DNA from: Vicinamibacterales bacterium
Lineage (GTDB): Bacteria; Acidobacteriota; Vicinamibacteria; Vicinamibacterales; UBA2999
Length of the DNA stretch: 64,000 nt
Direction of reading: 5' to 3'
Assembly: GCA_038213735.1 (NCBI GenBank)
Contig: JBBQSP010000021.1
Span: 229 to 64,228, forward strand
Shown here piece by piece: positions 36,793 through 47,889 of the stretch (the stretch's first letter is position 1; each line of letters begins with the position of its first letter). The notes below the pieces were generated by a model. It saw only the letters and a program-made list of their open reading frames with translations, was not told the origin of the DNA and did not search any database. The position numbers and the translations under genes are program-made.

Positions 36793-37361
36793 GTGCGCAG
36801 CACCCAGTCGCCGAGGAAGATGTAGATCGCGTAGACGGTGCCCTCGCCGACTACCACGCCGAACAGGAATTTCTTGAAGTTGATCTTCAGCGAGCCGCAT
36901 ACGTAGCAGATCAGGTCGGTCGGCAGGAACAGCATGAAGCTCCAGCCGATGATGATCGGCAACTGATACGTCTGCAGCTTGTCCTTCAGCTGACGAATCT
37001 GCTTCGGATACTTCCGTTCGAAGAGCTCGTCCATGTGGAGGGCCTCGGCGAAGAAGTAGCAGATCGAGGACGAGATCGCGATGCATGGCAGCGTGAGCGC
37101 CAGCAGCACCCACGGGTCGAAGAACGGCATGGCCACCAGCAACGGGAAGGTCGCCGGCACCAGCGTGAAGGCCCGCAACGCACCGATGACCAGGTAGGCG
37201 ATGGCCGCGGCCCAGAACGACGCCGACATCGCGTTGCGCATCTCCATCTGCACCGCTTCCCGCTGGAAGAAGTACAGGTAGAGGGCGCCGACGACGACCA
37301 GCAGCCAGAGGGCGAACAGCGAATAGCGGATGCGGGGGTTGTGCAGCTGAAGCGCGGTCAA
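36789..37361 (-). CDS. DedA / TVP38-TMEM64 family membrane protein
   Basis: Has a SNARE-associated-like core (LVPATFPLLVAMPFF..., LPTDLICYVCG). The start TTG 37361 is a guess. The ORF is open to 37631, but that would overlap actP. Confidence 0.6.
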   Translation of the reverse strand: MTALQLHNPRIRYSLFALWLLVVVGALYLYFFQREAVQMEMRNAMSASFWAAAIAYLVIGALRAFTLVPATFPLLVAMPFFDPWVLLALTLPCIAISSSICYFFAEALHMDELFERKYPKQIRQLKDKLQTYQLPIIIGWSFMLFLPTDLICYVCGSLKINFKKFLFGVVVGEGTVYAIYIFLGDWVLRT

Positions 37362-37407
37362 ACTGAAGCTCTGAGTTACAGACGGCGGGCGGGCATGTGA
37401 GGTTCCA

Positions 37408-38946
37408 TTAACCCGGGTTGCTGTCCGCCCCGAAATGGATCTGCTGTTCGAGCTTTGCGAACCCGGCCGAGGCGGCCGGCTCTGGCGCCGCCAGCGACAC
37501 CACGATCCCGATGATGAACGACAGCGGGATCGTGAACAGGCCGGGGTTGCGATACGGGAAATACGCGGTGGCGTTCTGCAGCAGGTCCACCTGGATCGTC
37601 GGCGACAGGTAGATGAGGGCCAGCGTCGCAATCGTGCCGAACAGGATTGATGCCTGGGCGCCGCGCGTCGTGAAAGGCTTCCAGAACATCGACAGGATCA
37701 ACGCCGGGAAGTTGGCGCTGGCGGCGATGGCGAAGGCCAAACCCACCATGTACGCCACGTTCTGGCCCTTGAAGGCGATGCCCAGGGCGATGGACACGGT
37801 GGCGAGCAGAATAGTGGCGCTGCGCGCGACCAGCAGTTGTTCCTTCTCGGTGGCGCGGCCGTGGCGGAACACGTGAACGTAGATGTCGTGCGACAGCGTG
37901 GCGGCCCCGGCCAGCGTGAGGCCCGCGACCACCGCCAGGATCGTGGCGAAAGCGACGGCGGCAATGAACCCCAGGAACGCCTGCCCGCCCACCACTTCGG
38001 CGAGCAACGGCGCCGCCATGTTGCCACCTGCGTCCACCGCACGAATGTCGGTCTGGCCGACCAGCACCATGGCGCCGAAGCCGAGGATGAATGTCAGCAG
38101 GTAGAAGACGCCGATGATCCCGGTCGCATAGGCCACCGAGACGCGCGCGGTGCGGGCATCGGGCACGGTGTAGAACCGCATCAGGATGTGCGGCAGACCA
38201 GCGGTCCCGAACATCAGCGCCAGGCCCAGTGAAATGGCGTCCACCGGATCCGAGACCAGCCGGCCGGGCGCGAGCACGCCGTCACCGTACTGCCGGGCGG
38301 CCTCGGCAAAGAGCGTCAGCGGGTTGAACGCAAACTGCGCCAGCACCATGCCGGCCAGCAGGAAGGCGCCCGACAACAGCAGCGCTGCCTTGACGATCTG
38401 CACCCACGTCGTGGCGATCATCCCGCCGAACAACACGTACGCGAGCATGACCAGGCCGACGATCACCACCGCCACTTCGTAGCTCAGGCCGAACAGCAGC
38501 CGAATCAGGTTGCCGGCGCCGACCATTTGCGCGATCAGATAGAAGGCCACGACCGCCAGGCTGCCGGCCGATGCCGCGACCCGCACCGGCGTTTGCCGCA
38601 ACCGGAACGCGACCACATCCGTGAAGGTGTAGCGGCCAAGGTTGCGCAGCGGTTCGGCGATCAGGCACGCGACCACCGGCCAACCGACCAGGAAGCCGAT
38701 CGAGTAGATCAACCCGTCGAACCCCGACAATGCCACCAGCCCGGCAATGCCCAGGAAGCTGGCGGCGCTCATGTAGTCGCCGGCCAGCGCCATGCCGTTC
38801 TGCCAGGCCGTGACCGAACCGCCGGCGGTGTAAAAGTCTTTCGTGCTGTGCGTGTGTCGAGCGGCCAGCCAGGTGATACCGAGCGACAAGACAATGAAAA
38901 TGGCGAAGCCCGCCATGGCCACGACGTTGGGCTCTCCGGCTTGCAT
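37408..38946 (-). CDS. actP: Cation/acetate symporter (SSS family)
   Basis: Contains FYTAGGSV and [14 protein letters not shown] motifs, is multi-pass, and is preceded by a DUF485 gene as in E. coli yjcH-actP. Confidence 0.85.
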   Translation of the reverse strand: MQAGEPNVVAMAGFAIFIVLSLGITWLAARHTHSTKDFYTAGGSVTAWQNGMALAGDYMSAASFLGIAGLVALSGFDGLIYSIGFLVGWPVVACLIAEPLRNLGRYTFTDVVAFRLRQTPVRVAASAGSLAVVAFYLIAQMVGAGNLIRLLFGLSYEVAVVIVGLVMLAYVLFGGMIATTWVQIVKAALLLSGAFLLAGMVLAQFAFNPLTLFAEAARQYGDGVLAPGRLVSDPVDAISLGLALMFGTAGLPHILMRFYTVPDARTARVSVAYATGIIGVFYLLTFILGFGAMVLVGQTDIRAVDAGGNMAAPLLAEVVGGQAFLGFIAAVAFATILAVVAGLTLAGAATLSHDIYVHVFRHGRATEKEQLLVARSATILLATVSIALGIAFKGQNVAYMVGLAFAIAASANFPALILSMFWKPFTTRGAQASILFGTIATLALIYLSPTIQVDLLQNATAYFPYRNPGLFTIPLSFIIGIVVSLAAPEPAASAGFAKLEQQIHFGADSNPG

Positions 38947-39236
38947 CAGCGGCCCTCCATGTGGGCCTTGCGGATCGAAGCCACCGCATCGTCATAGTGC
39001 CGGTTGGTCCAGCGCACGTAGACCAGGATCAGCGCCATGGCCGCCAGGATCACCAGCACTCCGAGCAGGATACCGACGCTCAGTCCCGGAATCAGCACCG
39101 TGCCGAGCAGTTCCTTGTTAAAGGCGATCAGCAGGATGAAGGCGACGTAGATGAGGGTCATCGCCGCGGTGACGAGGACCGACAGTCGCCAGCGCGCGGC
39201 GGACAGGGTGACGAGGCGGGAGGCCGAATCGCTCAT
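38946..39236 (-). CDS. yjcH: DUF485 inner-membrane protein
   Basis: 96 aa with two TM helices. Its stop overlaps the actP start by 1 nt. Confidence 0.75.
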   Translation of the reverse strand: MSDSASRLVTLSAARWRLSVLVTAAMTLIYVAFILLIAFNKELLGTVLIPGLSVGILLGVLVILAAMALILVYVRWTNRHYDDAVASIRKAHMEGR

Positions 39237-39257
39237 GCGCCGCCATCATAAGCCACT

Positions 39258-39296
39258 TCAAATAGAAAAGGCCGGGACCATTGCTGGTCCCGGCCC
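39258..39296 (-). terminator. Intrinsic terminator downstream of the radical-SAM gene
   Basis: A 10-bp stem (GGCCGGGACC / GGTCCCGGCC, 39269-39278 and 39285-39294) is followed on the minus strand by TTTTCTATTT. Confidence 0.7.
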
Positions 39297-39311
39297 TTGC
39301 GTCGTCGAATT

Positions 39312-39346
39312 CGACAAACCGAAAGGTTTGTCGCCACGCACCGAAG

Positions 39347-39349
<3 letters not shown>
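39312..39349. repeat. Single copy of the 38-nt palindromic unit (CGACAAACC-GAAA-GGTTTGTCG-CCACGCACCGAAGTTA)
   Basis: Matches the units at 17460-17536. The radical-SAM stop codon (TTA on the plus strand, 39347-39349) is the last triplet of the unit. Confidence 0.85.
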
Positions 39350-41425
<2,076 letters not shown>

Positions 41426-41644
41426 GAGCACTCCTCACTGGACGATCGGGCTCTGTCGAGTTGGTGCAGGTCTGGATCACGGCCCGTAAGTGATTGACTG
41501 GCCGATATCTTACGGTGATTTCTGCCCAGCTTGCACAGGGAGTCCGGAGTTGGCCGAAAGGCAGGGTGAACTGGCACGGGCGCTGCGCGAACGGCCAATA
41601 TCCGATTAAAAGAGTCGGCATTAAAAGGAGATATTCTGCCCGGT

Positions 41645-42886
41645 ATGCGCCTGCCGCTTACCTCAGCCTTGGTCGCGTTGGCGTCGGTGCTCGCGCTTGC
41701 GGAACAACCGGGCCGGGTGTCGCCACAAGAGGCCATCGCCCTCACCAACGCTGCGGTGATTCATGTGAGAAGTGGCGTCATCGCGCGCGGCGCAACCGTG
41801 GTCCTTCGCGGCGGCCGGATCGAGAGCGTCGGTGCCGGGGCGGTCCCGGCCGGCGTCCGCGCCATCGACCTCAAGGGCCGCTACGTCGTGCCGGGCCTGA
41901 TCGATGCGCATGTACACATCGCGTCGCTCCCGCAGATGCGGGCCGCGCTCGACAGCGGCGTCACCACCGTGCGCAGCGCCGGCGTGGCGCACTTTGTTGA
42001 TGTCGGCCTGCGCGAGCTGGTGCGGAAGGGCTTTGCCGCCGGCCCCGACATGATTGCGACGGGCTATCACGTGCGCCCCGGCGTCGCCGCCGAGTTCTTT
42101 CTCGATTTTCCCGGTGAAGGTGGGTTGATGGCCGGCGCGCCGGCCGCCGACGCGATTCGCCGCATGGTGCGCGCCAACCTGTCGCGGGGCGTGGACTGGA
42201 TCAAGACCAACGCGACGGAGCGGGCCGGCACGCCGGACACCGATCCGCGGCGCCAGCTCTATAGCCAGGAAGAGTTGCGGATCCTCGTGGTCGAGGCCGC
42301 CGCGAAGAACATTCCGGTGATGGCGCACGCGCATGGCGCCGAAGGCGCCGACGCGGCGGTTCGCGCCGGCGTGCGCAGCATCGAGCACGGCACCTATCTC
42401 TCGGACGAGACGCTGCAGTTGATGGCGAAGCAGGGCACCTTCTTCGACCCCACGCTCGACATCGTCAACGACCTGGCCGAAGCGGGCGGCGACTACGACA
42501 ATGCCGGACTGAAGCGGCGCGGTGAGATGATGCAGCCCATTCTGCTCGCCGCGGTGCAGCGCGCGCACAAGTTCGGTGTCAAGATTGTGGCCGGTTCGGA
42601 CACCGGCTACGGACCCTCGAGCATCGCGCGGGTGTCACGCGAGATCGGCATACTGGTGACGGCCGGCCTGACACCGCTGCGGGCCCTACAGGCGGCAACC
42701 CTGACCAACGCCGAGCTGCTGCGACTCGAGAAGCAGGTGGGCGTGGTGGAGGCGGGCTTCGAAGCCGACCTGCTGGTCGTGGACGGCAACCCGCTCGATA
42801 ATGTTCGGACGCTGCTCGATCCGCTGCTCGTGATCAGCAACGGCCGGGTTGGCTTGGACCGTTTGAGTTTCAGCAAGGACAAGTAG
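41645..42886 (+). CDS. Secreted amidohydrolase-family metallohydrolase
   Basis: Has a signal peptide, the GLIDAHVHI metal-binding motif and later AHAHG and SDTG motifs. Confidence 0.8.
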   Translation: MRLPLTSALVALASVLALAEQPGRVSPQEAIALTNAAVIHVRSGVIARGATVVLRGGRIESVGAGAVPAGVRAIDLKGRYVVPGLIDAHVHIASLPQMRAALDSGVTTVRSAGVAHFVDVGLRELVRKGFAAGPDMIATGYHVRPGVAAEFFLDFPGEGGLMAGAPAADAIRRMVRANLSRGVDWIKTNATERAGTPDTDPRRQLYSQEELRILVVEAAAKNIPVMAHAHGAEGADAAVRAGVRSIEHGTYLSDETLQLMAKQGTFFDPTLDIVNDLAEAGGDYDNAGLKRRGEMMQPILLAAVQRAHKFGVKIVAGSDTGYGPSSIARVSREIGILVTAGLTPLRALQAATLTNAELLRLEKQVGVVEAGFEADLLVVDGNPLDNVRTLLDPLLVISNGRVGLDRLSFSKDK

Positions 42887-42990
42887 TGCCAGAAGGGCGG
42901 CACTTTAGTGCCGCCGGTGTAGTGCCAGCAGGGCGGCACTTCAGTGCTGCCGAGTAGTGCTAGAAGGGCGGCACTTTAGTGCCGCCGGAG
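42884..42990 (+). repeat. Three tandem 35-36-nt units, each with a GGCGGCAC-TT(T/C)A-GTGC(C/T)GCC hairpin
   Basis: The units are 42884-42919, 42920-42954 and 42955-42990. The first starts on the amidohydrolase TAG. The last ends in GGAGGAG just upstream of ATG 42999. Confidence 0.9.
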
Positions 42991-42998
42991 GAGACGTG

Positions 42999-44633
42999 AT
43001 GAAGCGATTGTATGTAGCAGCCTGTTGTATGTGTCTCGGGCTCGCGCTGGCGACACCGGCGTGGGCGCAAACCGAGCAGCACGATCACACCGCCAAGCCT
43101 GGCGCCATCAAGGCCGGCACGGTCAACTTCGAGACTTCCTGCAGCCCCGCCGTCAAGGACGAGTTCAATCTCGCCGTCGCCGAACTCCATTCATTCTGGT
43201 TCCCCGAAGCGCGAGCGTTGTTCCAGGGCGTGGCCAAGAAGGATCCCGACTGCGCCATCGCCTATTGGGGCATCGCGTTGACCTACTGGGGTAATCCGTT
43301 CGCCGGCCAGCGGTCAGCGCAGGTCATTGCCAACGGCCAGGCGGCGATCGAGAAGGCCAGGACCGCCGGCACACCGACGCCGCGCGAGAAGGGCTACATC
43401 GAGGCCGTGGCGGGCCTCTTCTCGAGCGCCGACGTTACCACCCAGCGCGCGCGCGTCGTGGCCTACGAAGGCGCCACAGAACTGGTGGCCAGCCAGAACC
43501 GCACGGACGTGGAGGCGCGCATTTTCTGGGCGCTCGCCATTGCGCAGACGGCGCTGCCGAGCGACAAGACCTTCGCGCAGAACCTGAAGGCCGCCGAGAT
43601 TCTCGAGCCGCTCTACAAGCGGATGCCGAACCACCCTGGCCTCGCGCACTACATCATTCACGCTTACGACGTGCCGGCGCTGGCGGCCAAGGCGCTGCCC
43701 GCGGCGCGCGCCTATGCCGACATCGCGCCGTCGGTGCCGCACGCGCTGCACATGCCGTCGCACACGTTTACGCGCGTGGGCGAGTGGCAGGAATCGGTGG
43801 ACACCAACATCCGCTCGGCCGGCGAAGCTGACAAGTCGGGTGGCGGATTGGGCGAAGGCCTGCACGCGCGCGACTACATGACCTATGCCTATCTCCAGAT
43901 GGGGATGGACCAGCAGGCCAAAGCGGTGGTCGATCATGCCGCGATGGTGGCGGAACAGTCGGCGGCGGCCCCGCCGGCGGCCGGCGCCGGCGGCGCCAAC
44001 ACGTTTGCGTTGGCCGCCATGCCGGCGCGCTACGCGATGGAGCGCGGACAGTGGGCTGAGGCCATGATGCTCAAGCCGCTTCCCGCACCCAACACGCCTT
44101 ACACCGAGGCCATTACCCACTTCGCGCGTGCCGTCGGCGCGGCGCGGGCCGGCAAGCCGGCCGAGGCGGCGGCCGACATCGCGCGCCTGGCCGCCCTGCG
44201 CGATCGTGAGATCGAGATGAAGGACGCCTACTGGACCGAGCAGGTCGACATCCAGCGCCGTGGCGCCGAAGCATGGGTGATGTTTGCCGAAGGCAAGAAA
44301 GCCGAAGCGATCAGCGCCATGGCCGCGGTGGCCGACTCCGAAGACAAGACCGACAAGTCGGCGGTCACGCCCGGCCCGCTGGCGCCGGCCCGCGAGATGT
44401 ACGGCTTCATGCTGCTCGAGGCCGGCCGCGCCAAAGAGGCGCTGGTCGCGTTCGAAGCGGTGACGAAGAAGGAACCGAACCGCTTCCTCGCGCTCTACGG
44501 CGCGGGCAAGGCGGCCGAGGCGACCAAGCAGCCGTCGAAGGCGAAGGGGTACTACAAGCAGATCGTCGAGATCTGCAAGGACGCGGGGCCCGAGCGTCCC
44601 GAGCTGCAGTACGCGCGAAAAATGGCGAAGTAG
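42999..44633 (+). CDS. Secreted TPR-like hypothetical protein
   Basis: Signal peptide MKRLYVAACCMCLGLALATPAWA, with a helical repeat-like C-terminal half. No specific family recognised. Confidence 0.65.
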   Translation: MKRLYVAACCMCLGLALATPAWAQTEQHDHTAKPGAIKAGTVNFETSCSPAVKDEFNLAVAELHSFWFPEARALFQGVAKKDPDCAIAYWGIALTYWGNPFAGQRSAQVIANGQAAIEKARTAGTPTPREKGYIEAVAGLFSSADVTTQRARVVAYEGATELVASQNRTDVEARIFWALAIAQTALPSDKTFAQNLKAAEILEPLYKRMPNHPGLAHYIIHAYDVPALAAKALPAARAYADIAPSVPHALHMPSHTFTRVGEWQESVDTNIRSAGEADKSGGGLGEGLHARDYMTYAYLQMGMDQQAKAVVDHAAMVAEQSAAAPPAAGAGGANTFALAAMPARYAMERGQWAEAMMLKPLPAPNTPYTEAITHFARAVGAARAGKPAEAAADIARLAALRDREIEMKDAYWTEQVDIQRRGAEAWVMFAEGKKAEAISAMAAVADSEDKTDKSAVTPGPLAPAREMYGFMLLEAGRAKEALVAFEAVTKKEPNRFLALYGAGKAAEATKQPSKAKGYYKQIVEICKDAGPERPELQYARKMAK

Positions 44634-44645
44634 CTCCAGGAACCT

Positions 44646-44735
44646 GACGGGAGGTGCCTTCCAGACGGGAGGGCACCTCTTGTCGGGAGGGCACTGCTTG
44701 TCGGGGAAGTTACCCTTGTCGGGACAAGAACACCG
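44646..44735 (+). repeat. 18-nt tandem repeat array (5 units, GWCGGGAGGGCACYKCTT-like)
   Basis: Unit boundaries are 44646, 44664, 44682, 44700 and 44718. The array lies directly downstream of the stop at 44633. Confidence 0.9.
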
Positions 44736-44916
44736 GGGCTGAAGCGGTTCGCATTCTAGAGAACCCGGTTCGCCCGAGCGCGTAGAGCACGAACACCGCG
44801 GCGTGGTCCCAGGTTGCGCGCATCGACTCCACCGAATGCAGCGCCTCATCGAAAACGAAGATCAGGCACAGCAGCACGCTGAGCTCCGCGGCCATCATGA
44901 AGAACATCCACTTCAT
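44710..44916 (-). CDS. Possible small membrane protein (68 aa)
   Basis: GGAG lies 9 nt upstream of the ATG, and the N-terminus is hydrophobic (MKWMFFMMAAELSVLLCLIFVF). The last codons are encoded by the 18-nt repeat array, so the call is weak. Confidence 0.3.
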   Translation of the reverse strand: MKWMFFMMAAELSVLLCLIFVFDEALHSVESMRATWDHAAVFVLYALGRTGFSRMRTASAPVFLSRQG

Positions 44917-44953
44917 TTGCCAATGCTCCGAACCGCCGGCGGCGGGGAGCCCC

Positions 44954-44968
44954 GTCCGGCTGAGCCGG
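44954..44968. repeat. Palindrome TCCGGC-TGA-GCCGGA
   Basis: Belongs to the CCGGC/GCCGG hairpin family and is intergenic. Confidence 0.7.
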
Positions 44969-44990
44969 ATTCTGGCACAGCTGGGGCGCG

Positions 44991-46193
44991 CTACGACGCG
45001 CCGTTCGTCACAAATTCGCGGAATCTTTCAAGAGCCGTCGTGACGGTCGCTTCCGTGGCTGCAAAGCATACGCGAATGTATCCTTCGCCATCACTTCCGA
45101 AGGCCACACCGGGCGCCAGGGCCACCCCCGTGGCCTGCAGCAGTGCCGCGGTGAAGGCGGTCGAGTCGGTCAAGGCCTCGATTCGTGGAAACGCGTAGAA
45201 CGCGCCCGCGGGCGCCGGCAGCGACACCCCAGGCGTTGCGGCCAGCGCGGTCACGACTTGCGTGCGCCGCTCGGTGTAGTGCCGGCGCAGCTCCGCGATG
45301 TACCGCTCACCATCGCGCAGTGCGACGATGCCGGCCTGCTGCACCATGGCCGATGGATTCGAGGTCATGAACTCCACGGCTCGATACATGGTCTTGATGG
45401 TGGCCTCGCTGGCCTGCGCCCAGCCGAGCCGCCAGCCGGTCATGTTGTAGGTCTTCGAGAAGCTGTTGACGACGATCAGGCGGTCGCGGTTGCCGGCGAC
45501 GCGCGCAAACGACGGCGCAACCTGTGGCGACAAACCTTCTACCTGTGGCGACAAACCTTTAGGTTTGTCGTGATAAACCAGCCGCTCATAAACTTCGTCC
45601 GCCAGAATAATCAGGTCGTGCTGCGCGGCCAGTTCGAGCAACGACCGCTGCTCTTCGGCGCTAATCACCCAGCCGGTGGGGTTCGACGGGCTGTTGATGA
45701 TGATCATCCGGGTGTTGCGGTCGATGGCGGCGCGGACGCGATCGAGGTCGAGCCGGAACCGGCCGCCGTCACGCGCCAGTGGCACCGGCCGGGGTTCACC
45801 GCCGGCCATGATCACGCCGTTCGAGAAGATCGCGTACGCGGGCGAGACAATCACCGCATTGTCGCCGCGGCTGACGAAGGCGCGTATAGCCGCATAGATC
45901 GCCATCGACGCGCCGACCGTGCTCATGATTTCGGTCGGGCGATACCCCACGCCGTGGAGTTGGTGAATCTTCTGCGCGATGGCTTCGCGCAGTTCCAGAT
46001 AGCCGGCGGTATGGGTGTAGAAGGTGTGACCGGCTTTCAACGCCGCGTCGGCCGCCGCGCAGATGAACGCCGGCGTCGGCAGGTCGGACTCGCCGTAGCA
46101 GAGCTTCAGCGACCCGGGCATCGCCTCTGCGGCAGTGGCGATCTGCACCATGGGTGACTCGGCAACGCCGGCGAACTCGCGGGTGTAGCGCAC
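44991..46193 (-). CDS. Class I/II PLP aminotransferase (aspartate/aromatic type) carrying an in-frame repeat insertion
   Basis: Motifs CYGESDLPTP, ADEVYERLVY, NSFSKTYNMTGWRLGW and a C-terminal RVCFA are present. The start is GTG 46193. Confidence 0.85.
   Translation of the reverse strand: MRYTREFAGVAESPMVQIATAAEAMPGSLKLCYGESDLPTPAFICAAADAALKAGHTFYTHTAGYLELREAIAQKIHQLHGVGYRPTEIMSTVGASMAIYAAIRAFVSRGDNAVIVSPAYAIFSNGVIMAGGEPRPVPLARDGGRFRLDLDRVRAAIDRNTRMIIINSPSNPTGWVISAEEQRSLLELAAQHDLIILADEVYERLVYHDKPKGLSPQVEGLSPQVAPSFARVAGNRDRLIVVNSFSKTYNMTGWRLGWAQASEATIKTMYRAVEFMTSNPSAMVQQAGIVALRDGERYIAELRRHYTERRTQVVTALAATPGVSLPAPAGAFYAFPRIEALTDSTAFTAALLQATGVALAPGVAFGSDGEGYIRVCFAATEATVTTALERFREFVTNGAS
45521..45572. 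repeat. Palindromic-unit copy inside the aminotransferase CDS, with a 21-nt internal duplication
   Basis: CCTGTGGCGACAAACCTT occurs twice (45521 and 45542), followed by the hairpin CGACAAACC-TTTA-GGTTTGTCG (45549-45570). It is translated as DKPKGLSPQVEGLSPQ. Confidence 0.85.
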
Positions 46194-46202
46194 CGCGGCA
46201 TT

Positions 46203-47012
46203 CTATTGCAGGGCAGGTCCGCGCATCATCTGGCCGGCAAGCTCTCGCACGACCTTCGCGGCGACACTCGCCGTGACGCCGCTGATGTCCTGCGACGGAT
46301 TGAACTCGACGACGTCAGCGCCGACGATCGGCCCGCGCAGCTGGTGGATCATGGTCAAGACGTCGCGAACGCTCAGGCCGCCGGGCTCGCGATGCGAGAC
46401 GCCGGGCGCGAAGGCCGGATCGAGGCCGTCGATGTCCACCGAGACATAGACTGGGCCGTCGATGTTCGGCCGCGCGCCGCTCGCGAAGTGCCGCATCTCG
46501 ATGCAGTTCACGCCGAACCGTGCGACCTGTTCGCGCTGGTGCGGTGTCAGCGTGCGAATCCCCACCTGCACCAGGGTGACGCCGGGGCAGTCCTCCATGA
46601 TGCGGGCGAACGGGCAGGCGTGCGACAGGCGATTGCCTTCGAAGGTGTCGTAGAGGTCGCCGTGCGCGTCGATGTGGAGAATGGTGAGCGTGGGCCGTTC
46701 CGCTGTGACCGCCATCAGGACCGGGTAGGTGATCGAGTGGTCGCCGCCCAGTGCGATCGGCTGGAAGCCGCTGGCCAGCACGGCGCCAATGCCCATCTCG
46801 ATCTGGTCACGCGCCCTGGCCGGGTCTTCGGCCAGTACCAGGTCGCCCGCGTCCGTCAGCCGGGCGAGGTCGGCGCCGTTTTCGGTGAAGGTGTTGCCGG
46901 CCGGTGACCACAGCGCCTGGCGGATGAGTGGCGGCCCCGCCGCGGCTCCGCGCAGGAACGAGGAACTGGCGTCGTAGGGCAGGCCGATGAGCTGCGGCGC
47001 GGCAGGCGGCAT
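46203..47012 (-). CDS. Ureohydrolase (agmatinase/guanidino-acid hydrolase family)
   Basis: Contains the Mn-site motifs GGDHSITYP, DAHGD and SVDIDGLDP. Confidence 0.85.
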   Translation of the reverse strand: MPPAAPQLIGLPYDASSSFLRGAAAGPPLIRQALWSPAGNTFTENGADLARLTDAGDLVLAEDPARARDQIEMGIGAVLASGFQPIALGGDHSITYPVLMAVTAERPTLTILHIDAHGDLYDTFEGNRLSHACPFARIMEDCPGVTLVQVGIRTLTPHQREQVARFGVNCIEMRHFASGARPNIDGPVYVSVDIDGLDPAFAPGVSHREPGGLSVRDVLTMIHQLRGPIVGADVVEFNPSQDISGVTASVAAKVVRELAGQMMRGPALQ

Positions 47013-47018
47013 ACGCGT

Positions 47019-47798
47019 CTACATCCCGGGTGGCGTGAACCGTCCGTCGTTGGCCAGCCATCCGCCGTCTACGAACAGGATCGTGCCGGTCACGTAGCTC
47101 GCCGCGTCCGAGAGCAGGAACACCGTCGGCCCCGCCATTTCCTCGGCCGTCGCCCAGCGCTTCATCGGCGTCTTGTCGGCATAGGCGCGGTACCACTCAG
47201 TCTGCGACTTGATCGGCGCGGTCAACGGCGTCTCGGTCACGCCCGGGCCGACCGCGTTAACGCGCACACCCTGCTCGCCCCACTCGGTCGCGGCCGTCCG
47301 CACTAGTTGCACAATGCCGGCCTTGGTCATCGAGTAGACCGACTGGCCGGGCTCGGTGACGAGCGAGCGGATGGACGAGAACAAGACGATGCTGCCGGAC
47401 TTCTGGAGGACCATGAGTTGGCCCGCAGCCTGCAGCACGTTGAAGTTGCCGCGCAGGTTGACGCGAACGACCCGGTCGAACTCCTCGCCGGTGTACTTCA
47501 AGATGGGTTTGCGGACGTTGATGGCCGGCGTGCAGACCAGGCCGTCGAGGCCCGTGCGATGGTGCAGGGCGTTGGCCAGCGAATCCCGCACCGAGGTCTC
47601 GTCGGCAATGTCCACGGTGCCCGCGTCGGCCGTGCCGCCGGCCTTGGCGATCATCTCCGCGGTCGCCGCGGCGGTGGCGGCGTTGAGATCGAGGCAGATG
47701 GTGTGGCCGCCCTGTTGCGCCACGCCGAGGGCCACGGCCTGGCCGATCCCCGAGCCCGCGCCAATGACCGCGATCGTCTTGCCATCAAGTCTGAACAT
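47019..47798 (-). CDS. Short-chain dehydrogenase/reductase (SDR)
   Basis: Motifs GAGSGIGQA and YSMTKAG (YxxxK) are present. The ORF is open to 47984, but that part is the translated repeat array. Confidence 0.85.
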   Translation of the reverse strand: MFRLDGKTIAVIGAGSGIGQAVALGVAQQGGHTICLDLNAATAAATAEMIAKAGGTADAGTVDIADETSVRDSLANALHHRTGLDGLVCTPAINVRKPILKYTGEEFDRVVRVNLRGNFNVLQAAGQLMVLQKSGSIVLFSSIRSLVTEPGQSVYSMTKAGIVQLVRTAATEWGEQGVRVNAVGPGVTETPLTAPIKSQTEWYRAYADKTPMKRWATAEEMAGPTVFLLSDAASYVTGTILFVDGGWLANDGRFTPPGM

Positions 47799-47815
47799 AT
47801 CGACCCATGATACTC

Positions 47816-47877
47816 GCCGGGAGGGCACCTCTTGTCGGGAGGCCAACTCTTGTCGGGAGTCGGGAGTCGGTCGGGAT
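47816..47877 (+). repeat. 18-nt tandem repeat array (2 full units, then degenerate GTCGGGA 7-mers)
   Basis: GCCGGGAGGGCACCTCTT, GTCGGGAGGCCAACTCTT, then GTCGGGAGTCGGGAGTCGGTCGGGA. The array fills the divergent intergenic region. Confidence 0.85.
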
Positions 47878-47889
47878 AAAATTCGGACC

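Noticed and set aside
42884-42990. Tandem repeat arrays (42884-42990, 10808-10897, 44646-44735, 47816-47877, 17460-17536) considered as CRISPR arrays
   Set aside because: The units are directly adjacent with no unique spacers. Unit lengths of 18, 35 and 38 nt without spacers do not fit CRISPR architecture. No cas genes are present in the window.
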